NCBI RefSeq assembly: GCF_006345805.1
Contig: NC_043016.1
Location: 9,858,001-9,922,000 of the forward strand
DNA from: Octopus sinensis
Taxonomy: Eukaryota
Length of the DNA stretch: 64,000 nucleotides
Direction of reading: 5' to 3'
Shown one piece after another: positions 62,986 to 64,000 of this stretch. Position 1 is the stretch's first letter. The number at the start of each line of letters is the position of its first letter. Under the pieces are notes generated by a model. The model was not told the origin of the DNA. It ran no database searches and worked only from the letters and a program-made list of their open reading frames with translations. The translations under genes and the position numbers were made by a program.

Positions 62986-64000
62986 CAATCTATCATGGCG
63001 TCCTATATAGGTCCTGATTCATTCAACTAAAATTCAACATGCATGCATGGACGTAATCTAATGATTGAGACCAGTAAAAGGTAAGATAAAAATGTGTAGT
63101 CCTAACTTCACTGAAGCTAAGATCAATTTGTGTTAGTCCTTCTTGTTGCCCTCGTTACAATATTTCTCTTGAAATACACTGACCTTGTTTCAGTTAATTT
63201 AAAAGCTAATAAAGAATTTAGTCAAATGATTTTATCTGACCCATGGAAGGATGATCAATATACTACTACTGTTGATGATGATGATGATGGAGTTTTAAAA
63301 ATGTTTTTAGAAAGACCTTCACAAATGCTGACAGCATAAATGAACATGAAATCTTAATGAAAGGTTTTAATTCTGATCACTTAAAACAGAACCAGTTGTT
63401 CCCAGGCAAGTTGGTATGAAAAGGGTTAAAAATCTCAATCTTTTAATAAAGGCCAGATATAGATTCTTGCGTAGAATGTCTTTTTGTATAAGAACTATCT
63501 ATTAGAAAGTATTTTGTCAAGTCTTTCATGAGGAAAATGTTCCATATAGCCAGGGCTTAAATTAGAAATGTTTTATTTTCAAATTTTATTTAGTAGGTGT
63601 TATTAACCATTGTCTAATAATGACTGGAATGTTACATCACATGACCCATAAAAAGTGCTTCGGTATACGTGTGTGTGTGTGTCCAAGTATTTTGTGTGTG
63701 CGTCTGTGTGATGTTCATTGGTATTTTTGTATGCATCACGTAGATCAAAATATGCGTACTTGCATTGACTTGCCATGGCCCATCGTGTGTGTGTGTGTGT
63801 CTTGGTATTTCTATTCATACAAAACAATAACATTGCGTTACATAATGACTGTGTGTTAGCATGTATGTGTGTGTGTATACATATATGCCCCCATTGTTTC
63901 TGTGTGTGTGCTGGAATTATTTTAATGAGTAAAGATACATTGTTACATAACATGTGTATAAAAAAAAAAGTACTAAAATCCATGGTATGTGAGTATTTAA

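Overview
AT-rich eukaryotic DNA dense in microsatellites and SINEs. The repeat repertoire looks like an Octopus (coleoid cephalopod) genome; this is recognition from memory, not a database result. I can support only one host coding exon: a 546-nt, phase-0/phase-0 internal exon (39108-39653, +) of a SWAP70/DEF6-family gene, so most of the window is probably intron. The rest is tRNA-derived SINEs (at least three families), RTE-LINE 3' fragments, decayed Tc1/mariner (mariner and DD37D/maT-like) elements, hAT-, piggyBac- and Tc2-like MITEs, non-autonomous Helitrons, Penelope-like (PLE) relics, simple-sequence arrays and one 100-N gap with a probably false duplication across it. Almost all long ORFs in the track are simple-repeat artefacts. 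Best leads: (1) short PLE-type elements carrying minimal hammerhead-ribozyme folds with non-canonical cores and stem I covariation; (2) a 196-bp templated copy of the exon end plus splice donor inserted upstream of the exon, with microhomologies and a 13-nt target duplication; (3) a 6-kb CT satellite with a graded, position-preserving C-to-A conversion; (4) a 17-copy 93-bp satellite born from a SINE tail; (5) several long inverted repeats that could form intronic dsRNA. I found no convincing new multi-gene system. Repeat boundaries were placed by eye and are approximate unless TSD/TIR coordinates are given.
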